From the NCBI RefSeq assembly GCF_036321535.1, contig NC_087437.1, forward strand, positions 118,298,001 to 118,362,000: a DNA stretch of 64,000 bases. Reading direction: 5' to 3'. The translations under genes and the position numbers were made by a program. This stretch comes from Camelus dromedarius (Eukaryota). The notes under the pieces were generated by a model. The model worked only from the letters and a program-made list of their open reading frames with translations, made no database searches and had not been told where the DNA came from. Position 1 is the stretch's first letter, and the number at the start of each line of letters is the position of its first letter. Positions 1-14,110 of the stretch are shown here, piece by piece.

Positions 1-610
1 AGTGATGCGTGACTTGGATGACAAAATCATGAGATAGGAGCAGGTTTGGGGAGAAAGATCCAAGAGCTCTGTTTCAGACAGGTTAAAGTCTGACAGGCCT
101 GGAAGATTTCTAAGTGGGGGTGTTGAGTATGCAGTTGGATTTGAGGGCCTGAATTTGAGCTCAGAGGGGCAGTTGTGGATAAAGATATGAATGTGGACGT
201 CATTAGCATATAGATGGTATTTAATGCCTCAGCCGAGATTAAATCCTACAGAGAGTAAGCGTAGACAGGAAAGCAAGGTAGGGGAGTGGGTGGTGAAAAG
301 GGGAAGAAAAGTCAGGAGAAGAGGGCTGAGAACAGAGCCCTCGGGTACTGCATCATTTAGCACGTGACTAGAAAGGAGACATCAGGAAAGGCAACCAGGA
401 GAAACCAGGGGAACCAGCGAGGCAGAAGGGAGATCTAAAGAGAGTGCTATCCAGGACCCAAGTAAAGGTGCTTCAAGGACAGAGTGATGTGCTCTGTCAA
501 AAGCTGCTGAGAAGGTGAACAAGGTGAAGGCTAGAAACACGATTCCAAGGAACTTGGGAAGAGGACACTAATCGTACTGTATTTAAGAGGGACTGGGGGA
601 TGAAGGCGTA
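1..610 (-). mobile_element. L2 LINE fragment (further pieces at about 1010-1240 and 1760-2030)
   Basis: Purine-rich antisense L2 signature (ggagcaggtttggggag...gtcattagcatatagatggtatttaa...; later gagaccagtcag). Confidence 0.75.
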
Positions 611-2640
611 AAGTGGACTCAGACAGCCCTGGTCAAAGTGTGCACAGACCCGCTGCTTGTTTCCTGTTTGCAATCAGACAAATATGGAAATTGAGGTGTC
701 GCTGCACCCTACAAGGGTGTGCTCTGTGCCCTTGGGTCTCGGTGAGTGGGGGACAGACAGCTTCGCTCACTGCTCAGCTCCCGTGCTGGGCAGCTCATGG
801 AACAACCTGTGTCCCAGGCATGGACTGTAGGATTTCACATCCATCTGCAACAGATCAGAAATTGAGAAACAAATCCCTCACCTCTGTTAATCTGAGAAAC
901 ATGAGCATATGCAACTCTTTTCAGTGGTTTTGCCACAAGAGTGTAAGACATGAGGAATGTGACGAGAACGGTGACAAGAGGGGTGCCTGTTAGCGTGTTT
1001 CACATGTTAGCATGTTACATGAGAGATGGCCTGGTGTTGGCATGCTACCCAGAAGAGAGGAAAACTGGGAGATTCTTGAGGGTGAGATCATAAATGTGAG
1101 GGCAGAGTCCTTCAGTGGATGGGAGAAGAAGGGATTCTGGACATGGGCAGAGGTCCCAGCCTTCCAGGGAGATAGGCCAGTGCTTCCATTGTCAGGGGAG
1201 GGAAGGCAGTGTAGACAGGTATTTTGGTGTAGCATCTGAAATTAAGGTTCAATATTAAGTGTTGTCTCGACATTTGGCAAAATGGAAAAGACCTCAAACG
1301 GCTTAACCACACACTCTCCTCTCTCCTTCTGCTCCCACAGACACAGTCTCGCTAAATGACCCTCCTTATCAAGGGACCAGGCATGGTGTCTGCTTATTCC
1401 TAAGCAGCAGGTGTTAGTTCCCTGCCAACCAGCCCAACTACTCAAACAAGCCAATCACATCCTCCTGAAGGAACCAGAAGGCACCTCACCCTCATGATAA
1501 CTGCAAAGCCTCCTCCCACAGCCCCTGGATGTTCAGTCTGTTCCCAAGTGCAACCCCCACGTGGCCCTGCAAGGCTGGATGTCCTCCTCACCTGGGCTGT
1601 GAGTATACATGACAAAAATACTGCCATTGACCTCACCACCTGCCCAGGCCAGGAGTCGGTGATCAGTCATCCCCACAACTGAATCCCTCCCTCACCCCTG
1701 GGGTAAAAGGGAGCAATCAAAACAGGTATACACACATGCAAACGGATAACTCAGTGTGGGGGAGGGGAAGAGATATCACTTGGGTCTGCTGATTTCTTGG
1801 TAAGAGAAACAAGGTCAAATGAGAGCCTGGAAAGGGAAGGGGAGTTTGAGGTTTTCAGATAAGGAGGAACGAGAAGATGCGAAATAGTTTTCTCACAGGA
1901 GCAGGAAGCAACAGGGCAGTCAAGGGGGGCTGAGGGCAGAGCTAAGGGCTCACTTGAGGTCTGTGGTCACAACTTAAAATGAGACCAGTCAGAAGGGCAG
2001 TGTGTAGAGTTTCTCCAGTCAGGCTCTGCTGCTCTCCTGTGGCTTGGGTTTTATCAGGTCGATCCTAAAGTCTAGTCTCTGACACAAGGAGAATGTAGGG
2101 TAGACATGAGCACCTGTGTGAAATGGGTCAGAGGGAGAGCATGTTGGAAAGAAGGCATCCAGCAACGCCAGCTGTCAGGTGAGGCAACAGACAAGGTTCT
2201 GAGATCCCTAAGGGTTGTCGTCACCTTGCGTTGCCTACTGAAACTTGGGAGAGTTTAATTTTTAATTCATACACCCCAGAAATGGATACATGACACGGGA
2301 CACACGCTGCACCATGGGAAGTGGAGGTAATCTGTCCTTAGCAACACAGGGTGGGCAGCACGTGCTTGGTGACACTTTAGTGACAGAGCATCCTACCTCA
2401 GGAATGAGCTAAGATTTTAGAAATTAAAACAAACAAACCATGAAACTTCCAAAACTGCTTGCATTGCCTCAGTTTTTCCAACATCTTCCTTCAATAAAAC
2501 TTAAGAAAGCATTGTTTGCTACCTGGCCCATCCCCACTCTCTAGTATAACTCATATTTCTGGCTCTCCAGACAATTACTGCCACTTAAAACAGTGTGTGT
2601 GCTCAGGAGCCAGCCCAGATTCCAGGAGCTAGTCAACTGA

Positions 2641-2903
2641 GGAGTACAGCATGGTCGCCAAGTGCAGGCATTCTGGAACTAGACCACCCACTTTCAAACC
2701 CTGCCTTCACCACTAGCTGGATATATGACTTTAGGGAATTTACTTTATCTCTGTGAGCTCTGATTTCTGCCAAGTGTACAATGAGGATAATATGAATAAG
2801 TATCTCAAAAACTCGTTTGAAGATTAAATGAGACAGTACAATAAAGCACTCAGCCCAGGTCCTGGCACATAGTAAGAGCTCAGTGACTATCAGCGATTAT
2901 TAC
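2641..2903 (+). mobile_element. MIR SINE, near full length
   Basis: MIR core and tail: ttcaaaccctgccttcaccactagctg...gaagattaaatgaga...cctggcacatagtaagagctcagt. Confidence 0.85.
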
Positions 2904-5900
2904 AGATAGGTTCATTCAGCACTGCATAAAAAAGTGACTCGGCAAGCATCATCACAGCCCATAAACTTCAGGTTACTTAGCCAGTAGAGAGGATGTCAAA
3001 TATCTTTTCATTTCTCTTCAGTCAGGCCCTCTTTGGGACCACAATCCAAGGTTTAGGATATGGCTAATTAGATAAGATTGGAGGAAAACTCCAAGACAGG
3101 GATCTAACTAGAGGTCCAGGCCATGACTCCACTAGAACCTCATACTAATGAACCCCAGGCAGGGTATGTAGTGCAAGGAGGCCACCCAGACAATAAACAG
3201 AGCTCCTCCACCTTGCGGCCACCAGCTAAGGGAAGCTTGGGCCATATAAGGTCTGAGCACTGACAGAACTGGGCTATTTTCATCACATCTGGACAATGAA
3301 GTTTCCTACACTCCACAGAAGGTAAATATGTCATGTATGCGTAACTGGTCCTCAGGTTACCCAAATGTCTGAGAACAGTAAGAATGTCATCACTGCACGG
3401 TACATGGGTGCACACACGCATGTACACACATATACTATTCTTAATTATTATAAGAGCTTTAATTCAAGCTCAATAAGTAAGACTGTCCAAGCAGGAATTT
3501 TCTAAACTCTTCAAGATACATGTCCCATGGATACTTCAGTGAAATAATTCAGTTGCAATTATAAGATTCAGATGTATATGCACAAAACTGGTTTGTGTCT
3601 TTTTACATAAGACATAAAGTCACATCCAATTTCAGTCTCCAATTACCTATTTCAAAAAAATTTATTCTAATATTTTGGCATTGAAAAAATTGTGTTCAGT
3701 TGAGGACAGATGAAATGTAAAGTAAAGACAGATACACAATTTAAACTTGGGAGGTGGGGAAGACCCCATGGTGCAATATAGATATAATATAAATGTCACC
3801 CCTTCTCCAATTTCACTCTGAAGAACACCAACAATAGAATATAATACCATGAAATAGTTCCACCATTGAAATGGATAAAAGTTAATTAAACTGTCTCTAC
3901 TTAACCTCAAATAGGTGAATAAGGGTTGACAAGGAAAAGTAAATGAATTTTCCCAATTTATACACTGATTCTTAAAAGGTGATATTTCACTTTCTCAAAA
4001 CAACTCTTTATGGCTCAACTTTAAAGCAAATTTAATCTCATCATTTTCAAAGTTTAAAGAAGATGTGTATAAATGTGGCTTTGTTTAGAAGACTTGGGGA
4101 TACTCATGATGTGGATTGAACAAATCTGTGACTTGAGATAACAGGGGCTCAAAATGCTGCCCTTGAATCACAGGTCCCATCTGACCTCAGGTCCATGTCC
4201 AGCATCTCCAAACCCCAGTCTCAAATTCTGTAAAACTGAGATTAAAAGTACTTATTCATTCAGCTGTTGGAGGGTAAATGTAGGCCATACAGTGGTTTGG
4301 GTTTGTAAACAGATGTGGGCTTAGGCCTTGTTCTACCTTTTAGTTGCTGGGGTACCCACAGCACTCACTTAATGCCACTTTATTTACAACAGTGATAATA
4401 ACAATGCCTACATTCCTATACAACTTCGAGCATTATAGGAAATACACTTAAATTCCGCACATCCAGCAACAAATAATGTCAGCTATTATTTCTGAAGGTA
4501 TCATCACTATTATTATTTATAATAATAACTGGTGCATATAGTATCATAAGCCCGGTGCCTGCACACTTCAGCTGCTCAATAAATATGAGTTTTCTCTTAC
4601 TCTCATCCTTTTTTTTATGGGAAGAGTTACAAGCAGAAGTAATTTCTTCAAGGAAAACCAAGAGATTTTAATCTCTCTGATGACATAGCACAATTTTTGG
4701 AGTGGGGGATTTGCAGATTTAAGAAGATATTTACTCCCTATATTGTCATTAATTTTTTTGATGGCCCAGAAGTTCTCAGGAAGAGGCACACAGAACCAAT
4801 AATACATGGTATCATCTTGTGGCCCATTCTTAAATGAAAAATGCCAAAAGTTCCAGCAAGATCAAAACACATGCACATTCTGACAGGGAAAAACAACTAT
4901 ACATAATCTAAACACTCGCATTTCTGGTAACCAGACAATCCCTCTAGGCTAATAATGTAAGGGGCAAACAAGTGACAGCATATACAGAAAAATCCAATCA
5001 TTACTAAGCCCACTTAACTACATCATGAGCCGTGGTAACCTCTTGTCATAGAGTAGAAATCCATTAATAACACACTGCCATCAATATTTTTCACTCACGT
5101 TCCTTCCCACCCATTCGAAATTTTCTTGTATCAGAAAGCACTGCCTAAGCATTTAACTCAACAAACCTCAGAGTCACCCAAAGTAAAGCAGTGGAATTGG
5201 AAAAGTAGACTCACTAAGTGAGCACCATCACCCTAAGCTATGTTGGTAAAACACAAAACAAAAATAAAATGGTAGAACCCTGTTTTGAAGGAAATACACA
5301 CTTGAAATAAACATAGAGAACACCATTCCACCACCATCACAGACACAAGCAGCTTATGTTCACAGGACACATGGACAATAGAGACAGATGCACACAGGAA
5401 GTCCTCTCCCAGGGAAAACAGCCTGGTGGCCTTTGCAGCCACAGGGCTTCCTCTTCCATGTTTCTCTGCATCCTATAGCTTCAAATAATGGGTGCTTCTA
5501 ACCCGGGTTTCCAGTTTCCAGAGACCTCTTCAGTCCAGCCTTCGCCTGGGAGAACAGGTGACAAAATATTCCCCCTCCCTTTCCCAGGCAACAAAGAGGA
5601 TTTGCACCGCTTTGAAAACAGAGATCCACATGTTCAGGAAGACCAGGCCTCCGTCCGCCTGCAGAATAGGGTGCTTCGGGCAGAAAGTAACCAGGCGAGA
5701 GAAAATGCATTCCGAGCAGTTAGCACAGAGGATTAATCGAATTATAATTTAATCATCTGATCAAACACTAATTAGCATAATCACTTGGGAAAATGGCTGG
5801 AAGAACCCAGGAACACTTTGGCACTCATGTTCTTAGGGACTGGTGAAAAGGGGTACTCATAGATTTGGGGTTTTTTCTTTTTGTTCAGGGAAAAAAAAGA

Positions 5901-6069
5901 AAGAAAAGAAAATCAATGACAAGCACTACCAGCTATGGTTTTTGCAGCCAAAGGGATTATAACTGAGATTCAGAACTTCCTCCTCTTGCTTTCTCTTCAG
6001 CACCACACTAGCATCCACAGAAAAGCACAAAACCGATATATTGTAGCAACGAGGCTCTAAACTATTTAA

Positions 6070-6275
6070 CTTGTGTTTCTCAACCTCCGCACTGCTGCCA
6101 TTTTGGGCCAGACAATTCCTTGTCCCACGCACTGGAGGATGTTGAACAGCATCCCTGGCCTCTACCCACTAGATGCCAGTGGCATCCCCTTCTCCCCAGA
6201 ATTGTGACAACTCAAAATGTTTCCAGATGTTGCCCAATACCCGCCAGGGGTGATACTGCCCTGGTTAGAACCCTG
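6070..6275. mobile_element. MER20 (hAT-Charlie MITE)
   Basis: tttctcaacctccgcact...cagcatccctggcctctacccactagatgccagt...gtgacaactcaaaatgtttccagatgttgcc...ggttagaaccctg. Confidence 0.85.
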
Positions 6276-8266
6276 ATATAACTGAAGAACACATTGTCAG
6301 AGGTATTAAGAATGATCAAATCGCAAAAGGAGGAAAGGAGACTTACTCCCACCTGCCAAAAAATAATGAGCCTAAAATAATAATTCCACAGAGCTCCATG
6401 GAGTCTACTTTGTATCTGATGTCTCTATTTAGAGCTTTATAATAACTCATAACACATATGGTTCTGCACTTCAGAAAAAATAATTATAAATACCAGCCCC
6501 TCCCCATTCAGAGATCTCTAGAGAGACACAGCAGACTTCCAGCGGCAACCCCTGAGGGGGACACCCACAGGCTGAAGAAACACCAACCCTTGCTTCCAGA
6601 CTTCAGTGCATCCTGAGCAGCTGAGGGACCACAGCAGTCCCTCCACCTGCCCAGGTGAGGGCAAACCACCTGTGACTCTGGAAATCCGTAGAGGCAGCAA
6701 AGGCCCCCAGACTCCAGGGAAATATCACTTCCTGCCTACACTCTCACTGTATGCATGTAAGTCTGACAGTTGCTCCAAGGAGGGAGAGAGAAAGGTGAAA
6801 ATGATGAGGAGAGGCTAAATACAAAAGGCCTTTCTGTTTCTTGCAAATTCATCTCACTGCAATAAATTTGTTGCTCTGCCTTAAACTGCTTCGGCCATTA
6901 GGTGAACTGTACCTAATAATGTTCATTCATAAGAACAGATGTTAAAAACCTAAGGGAAAAAACACTCAACACTTATTAATGCAATAAATATTTTCTATGA
7001 GTTAAGGTGATTTGTTCTAGTAATAAATCTGAGTCACACAATCTCTCATTTTTATTTTTTCTAAGTATTTAACCATTTACAATTATTTGCTGGTCTCTTG
7101 CAGGTTATTAAACTTGATGATGGAAATATTTATGACCTTTCCATGGAGGAGAGATGAAAAAAGGTTAACCTAATCGGCTACAAAATTTAAGAGCTAGCAG
7201 TCTGTCCAAGCAGTGGAGGTTATGAAAACTCCAAATCAGAGAGGAACCATGAGCTATTTTTAAAGGATATCTTCTTCTACAAACTCCCTTGGCGGAGCTT
7301 GTGACTTCCAAACACAACACCCTCCCCACTTTTTACAGGAACACTGGTGCAGGAGCCCAGGGCTGCACAGAAAGAGCGCCTACCCAAATTCGGCTACTTA
7401 TGAGTAATCAGAAGTTACATTTCTTCAGCCCACAATGTCTTTTCGTCTAAAGCTAAAAATCAAAACAGCTGCTCTGAAAGATAATTTCTATAGTGAATCA
7501 CAATAAAACCGCCAAAGGATTATAACATTCGACTTGTTTCAGATGCCTATAAGGGTAAGTTATTTTTAATATTATCTAAAATAAGATCTCAGGACACAAA
7601 AAGTTATTTTTAAGGTTCTGAATTTAGGCCTCTCTCCAGCACACATTTGTGTCTATTTTAGTTCAAAAAATCAAGGACAAGGTGTTTGGAAAAGATTATC
7701 CTGCCACTGATAACTGTCCTCAATTTTATCATACATGCGACAAGGTCTAAAATGCGTGTATGTCCTTATATGCCATTTTCTCTTTTTTATAACAACCTAG
7801 TGTAACGACAGTACTTTGATAAATACAGTCCACTCAGGGTCATTTACCTAAAAGAAGGGAGCAGAGGCCAAGAAAACCCAAAAGAGCAAAGCACCAAGAT
7901 CCTTATACCTGGCTTTGGAAGGAGCTTGTGCACTGATACTGGAAAGAAGGCATGTAACATTCCCAGGTTGGCATCCAGGCAAAATCTCAAGATGCAAACA
8001 GACTCATATTCCCGTCCTGTCATTTCAGCCCTAGCGTTCTCTTATGCTCTTTCAATACGATAACCCAAACGGTTTCCCACTATTGATCTCTTGCTGGGAG
8101 CAATGCGGCTACATTTAGGTTCAAAAGGCTTTTCTGCTAGGACTCCAGCTGCTAGCAAAGAAGGGGTCAATTCCAAAAAACACAGTAGAACCAAGTCCAT
8201 CAGCAAAGCACGTGCTAGCAATAAGCCTGGATATCAAATATGCTAAAACAAAAAAAAAATGTACGC

Positions 8267-8298
8267 AACACACATACACACACACACACACACACACA
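8267..8298. repeat. (CA)n microsatellite
   Basis: acacacatacacacacacacacacacacaca. Confidence 0.9.
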
Positions 8299-8639
8299 TT
8301 CAGATACAAATATGCACAGATATTAGATACACATACAAAAGATTCTTAAGCTACCAGCATCCAAATTAGAAATCCCTGGTTGAGATCACACCTCCCTCTA
8401 CTCAGGGTCTTTCCTGTTACCAGCTCCAACCACTAACTCTCCCCAAATCTGCCCAAACCCTTATGGTAGTCAGTGCAGCTCTAACACTGCATACATGCAC
8501 CCTCCCCAGTAAATCACTGCTCAATGCAGAGCTCCCCGATGGTGCATTTGGTCTACCTGAAACTTTACTGGAGCAACGTCCCAGCTACTGTCTGACCAGC
8601 TACCTCAGTCAGGGGCTGGGCAGTCTCTTTCCAAGTGTG

Positions 8640-8998
8640 TGTTTTTCCAAAGGTGGAGTATGCCACCTGGATCAGAATAATAATGCAGATTCCTAGGCCA
8701 TGCCTATTCCAGAGCTGCAGAACCAGACTCTCTGGGAAACAGCCGGGAAACTATATAACAAATGATATAAAAGATCACGGGAACCTTATAATGCTGTCAA
8801 GTTGGGGATCCCATGGGGCAAAGAAAAAGATGGCAAAGGTACTTATCAGAATGAGACCTGGGGAGCTTTTCAAACTACAGCCCGTTCCCAGAATTGTGCC
8901 GGCATTGGAATCCCAGGCTCCTGAGGGGAAAAGCCATCTAAGAAATGCCCAACTTTCTTCCTCCTTGACCAAGCCCACCTGGGCTTTGAGAACCAGTG
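8640..8998. mobile_element. Degenerate MER5-type hAT MITE fragments
   Basis: atcagaat...aatgcagattcctaggcc...; cctggggagcttttcaaa...tttgagaaccagtg. Confidence 0.55.
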
Positions 8999-11900
8999 GC
9001 CCTGATCGTTGCCTGAAAGATCCAGACAGAGGCCTGTTAAATGGGACACGGTTCAAGGGCATCACCAGCCTGTGGCCTCCAGGCAACCCACATCCTCCTT
9101 CCCCCTCACACTCCCATTAACCCGACATGGGGCAGCCCTTCCTCTGTACACTTGGTCTTCCCATAAAACTTTATTTCCATGGCCTCCAAGCATCTAATAC
9201 CACAGAATTCTGCACCTGTTCTCACCCTCCCATCTCCAGCAATGGGGCAATGGGGTAGGGGGAGAATGAGGGGTCTTGTGACTACAGATCAGAGGTGGTT
9301 GTGGCTGGTGAAGTGAGATCCCATAAGACACAGATGAACTGACCACCAATCAAAGTAATTACTCAAAACAAATACGAAGATCACCCCTAGGTCAATTTTT
9401 TTCTATACATAAGTATCCATCAAGCCTATTGTAAAACAGTAGCCAGCAAAGATTTAAGAGCTACTGATTCTGGTGAATACACATGCACACACGTCTGCTA
9501 ATTAAGCATCCTACTGAATTTCTGCTGTCATGTCAAGGTACCAGACAAACGCTGCTAATTTGGGTTTTACCAGCCTGAATAATTTCTGAAAGAACCGTTC
9601 TTTTCCTTAGACAACATTACCCATTTTTCACACATTTCCTTTTCCCTGGCTAATGAACTAGACAAATGGCTACCCTCTGCAGGAACTGGCCGTGACGAGG
9701 TCTAGAAGGGGTGGTGAAAATCACTGCTGAGCCCTCTCTGTGGGGTCTAGGTGCCTGTTTCTCTGGTAAAGTCAGTTGTGGTTGCTGTTGCTGTTGTTGG
9801 GGTCTTCAGTTCATCCCTGAAGTCTCACACATAATATTTACAAAGCATTGTTATTTCTACCCTGGCAGCTACAAATCAGTTATTAAAAATGCTCTGCAGA
9901 TGATATTAAGAAATAAACACTGTAATTAAGCAGACTGGGACTTGGGGGTTTTGCTGTCTTATGGGAACTCAAGATCAAATCATGCCACAGTGGGGCTACT
10001 GTGGAGAGAAGAAATGGATCTCGAGTTTCTCTAATGAGAAAATATGTTTACTCGAAAGCTTCCACAATAGAGGTCAGGTCTTTACGTAAAGAAAAAAAAA
10101 AGAGTAAAATTAAAAAACACATCAAATTGCAGTGATTCTAATTATCTTCATACTTTGCCTTTCTCTTGTGAATTGTAAAATTTTTCCCATTTCCCTGAAG
10201 TCCATGCAATGAGTGAAAAAACAGGTCTCATGAGAAAAATCAATGTTTTACTCAATATTAGGAAAAGAATCAATGGTAAGAGCCTCCACTGCCCTCAGCC
10301 ATTTCCAATGACGTGGTTCTTCAGGGTGTGACACAGGCCACCTTAGTCAGTCTCCTATGGATGGGAAGCCACCCATTCACATTGGTTCTAACCCCAGCTT
10401 TAACATGGTCATCAACTGGTCCCATGAGGATGCAGAAAGGGACCTGGGGACCCTGAGGTCACCAATGGGAGTGTTATCACCGCTGTTGTTTTGCAGAAGC
10501 ATCTAATAATTTGAGATTCAAGTATCTAGTATTCAAGTATTCAAGTATCTAGAAAGAACTATAAACTCACTTCACTGTATTTATGCACAGAGGACGGCAA
10601 GAAGAATGGCTTAAGTTTTGTGTAAAGTCAAGCTTAAAATTGCTTCCTGGTTCATCATGTTAATATTAAAAGAGGCACGGTTCATGTGCATGAAAATCTG
10701 CAATGAAATTGTTCAAATCTCCTCATCAAACCTGCCCGTTCCACAGTCTGGGGAGATTGGCTACCACTGTATAGATGATTCTTCATAAGATTAAAAACAA
10801 TTTTTTCACAGTGTCATACTCTGGGGTAGGTCTGCCTTTTTTTCAGACTTCGAACCTGTAAACCAGCAGTAGGTCGATACAAATTCAAGGATCCTACCCT
10901 TAACAGAAAATAAGGTGCACCTGGGACCAGTAAAACCAAGACATTACATGGAACAAATGCAGTCCTAAGAAGGAAGACTATTTAAATCCTAAGAGCAAGT
11001 GTGTTCTTTTTTCATTGTCCGGGAACATTTATATCAATCGAGCAGCCTGTGATGACATTTCCTACCCATCTGGACTAATTAATTATGAGAGCACACACCA
11101 AAATTCAAATCTCTAGAATTTAATAAGTGATTAACATGGGGGGACCTGTGATAATCACAAGATCCTAAATTTGAACCCTGCTCTTGGGAATTGCTCTGCT
11201 CTAAACGGATTCTACCCTCCTACTTTCTGCTGTTGAGCATCTTCAAGGAAGGCAGCGCTTACTGTCGAATAAATATTCGTAGCAGTGCTGCACGTTCAGC
11301 ATGCTCCCTTCACCTTCAGTCCTCTGCTCAGACCTACCCAAGCCCAGTTTCCAAGTAATACATGGATTGGCTCCCCACCCCCACTTTCCAAGTCTTGACA
11401 TGGCCTTAAACCCTGAGAGCATTTCAAGAATATTCTGCAGAGTCTGATGTAGTTTCTCAGTATTTCAGAAAGGCTTGGTATGCTTTTTCTTCTCCAAAAA
11501 AATCTCTATGATGCTGGGAGAAGGTAGGGGAAGCCAGGCATTTAGTATGGAAGTGAGCTTACATTTTCCTTTCTTTCACTTTCCCAGCCGCTGCATTTAA
11601 AAACGGCTTTCTATAAATAGGACTGCTTGCTCACTCTTAAATCTTACTCACTGTCTTCTGCGTAAAAATAACTTAAATAGGGATGCAGGCAAGATTCATT
11701 AATCCCTGTCATTCTGTCTCTCTGTGTAGTAGCCTCTCTCCGTCTTATCTCATCATCTATCTTGTCAACCCCATTCATCCCTCTCTGTTGCACCAAGATA
11801 TGTATTTACATAACCCAGGGGGGCTTAAAGACCAAAAATTAATCCAATTGAATGACTTTTTAAGACATAAATTTTGACCAATATAGCATAAAAAAGACAG

Positions 11901-12799
11901 ATCTCCAAAAATCAAACAATGATAAATATTGTAAGCTCCAAGACACCTGATTTTATTCTTATATTTGAATACAAATAATAATTTTAACAAGTAAAACATA
12001 TTCCTTTCATGTAACTCTGATGAAGGAAACAACTTTTACGTTTAGTTTTGCTGGAAAATAGGGGGGAAAAGATAACAATGAGACAGACACCCATAAATCA
12101 ATAGAATGCTTAAGAAAATAGTAGTGTGATTTTTTTTTTTTAAAGACAATGAAGGCCTAAGAAACTGAGCTCTGTTTTGATGTCTTGGGTGGCTCTTTGA
12201 TGAAAAAATGAATTCCCAGGAACCCCTAGGGAAACTTACGTGTTGGTTTGATGTTTCGGACTGGCTTTCAGAATGCGACAGGGCATTAAACCTCATACAG
12301 GATTTTTGAATCCTGCCACTTAACAGCGTACACTTGAGAACAGTGTATCCAACACATTTATTAACTTATTTTCTGTGCCATTTAACCCAATCCAAGGCAC
12401 AAAGAGCACCTAAAGTAATTGTATCGTTGTTATGTAACTGTGATGAAGTTTTATCACATATTTCAAATGTGAATCCATTTTGGAAAAGAGAAGAAAAAGC
12501 CCCAGAAGCATTGCTAGAAAATACACATTTCTGCAGCCATCAAGTTAGTGTGTCCAGCAAAGTGGCAGGAGCCAAGGAACCCACACTGTTGCTTCTGTGT
12601 GTTTCTCACAATGGTTTCCACAGTAGAATTAGAGATCTAGGCAGAGAAGCAGCAAACTCGGCAAGGAAGGATAAGACAGAGGCGGGAGAGAGGCAGATGG
12701 GAGAGAGGAGGGGGCCAGGGAGGGGAGAGAGGCTCTGCACATTATCTGTCTCTTCTTCCTCGCAGTCAGAGAACATCTATCCCCACCTACTCTGCATGC

Positions 12800-13005
12800 A
12801 CTTTGCTCTGTGCTGACAAGCTCTGGAACTGCAGAAGCCTCATCTCTGGACATTGCCATCGAGTGAGGGAGACAGTCACTAGCCAAACAAGCACCAAATA
12901 AATAAGCAGGGTTACACATTGCCCTAGACACTATCAAGGAAATGAGCAGGGTTTTATGAAAGAGTATAATGCAGGAATCTAATTTGGAGGGAACAGGTCT
13001 CTGAA
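12800..13005 (-). mobile_element. L2 fragment, ending abruptly near 13005
   Basis: gagtgagggagacagtcactagccaaacaagcaccaaataaat...ctatcaaggaaatgagcaggg...ggtctctga resembles the antisense L2 3' region. Confidence 0.6.
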
Positions 13006-13424
13006 TTCCGTCCTAACAAACATCCTGCTCAGAAGCTAGCTAACCTCTGTACCCAAAATCGGCCATCTACACCTTCCTTGGGGTGCTGCCCTCCTGCCTG
13101 CCGCCTCGGTGTACATGGTGCCACCGTCACAAGGAACCCCCTGCACTGCACACTGGGAATTCAGACATGCACAGCGGGTACAAGTCGGGCTGCTGGAATC
13201 TTCCATTCCCCCCGTCTTAATCTTAATCCATACATTCAGTAAGGGACATGCAACTTCGAATGTTTTCATATTTTCAAAACATTAAAAAGAACCTAAATAC
13301 AGGGGGAGGGACAAGAGAGAGAAGAGGAGAATGGAAGATGAGAATTTCCGTGCTCGGCTCTCTGGAATGTGAAGAGTTAACACCTGGTCCAGGCGAATAG
13401 AGGCTGTCCATTTTGCCTGGGGGA

Positions 13425-14110
13425 TCATGGCCGGGGTCCTGGGCACCCGCAGGCGGCCGCGGAGCTGGACGAACTGCAGAGGGGCGGGAGCGTCAGCTTC
13501 ACCCGCGTCCCCAGCTGCAGGAGAAGGAGCTGCGCCTCCTGGAATGACATTGGAAGGTCAGCCAATCAGGAGCGGGGCTGCTCCGGAGCCGCCACCTCGG
13601 CCGGGAGGAGGCGCACGCCCAGGCCAGCTGGAAGCTGGGAGGCCGATGCGCCCTCCGCGGCCCACCAGCCCTGGACACTGTCTGTTCCTTTTTCTGCACC
13701 TTCTAGATTTCAGTGTGTTGCGGTGAACACGGGCCTGCTTTGTAAAGTTGGAAACAAAGACGGCGGACCCTGCCTCGCCTGCCACAGCCTTTGCATTCGT
13801 TGCTCCCACTGGACTGAACTCCGGGAGCTGGGAGTCTGGGCCCGGCGAACTTGAGGAGCCGCGAGAGGAAGGCGCAGTGCGCTCACTGCTCCTCGGAGGC
13901 GGCGCTTTCGTCTGCTCTGCTGAAGGCTGGCTGCACCAGTCTTGTGAGGTTTGCCGCCCACTAGTGTCCTGTAGCAGGGACACAATTGACATGCAGGTAG
14001 CACCACCTCACTATCTCTCAGGCCTCCGATGGAGCCGGTCACCGAGAGCCAGGATGCGCGGCAGCGCGGCGCCCAGAAAATGCCCAGACACGGCGTCCTC
14101 CTGGGAAGGC
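13425..14110. promoter_or_regulatory. Intronic CpG island about 4-5 kb into DSCAM intron 1, with GC box and CCAAT box
   Basis: Dense CpG; GGGGCGGG at 13481-13488; NF-Y-type AGCCAATCAG at 13560-13569. Confidence 0.7.

Noticed and set aside
10517..10551. Short tandem duplications (ttcaagtatctag; also ctgtggtcagatga at about 26660-26692)
   Set aside because: Ordinary slippage duplications with no spacers; not array-like.
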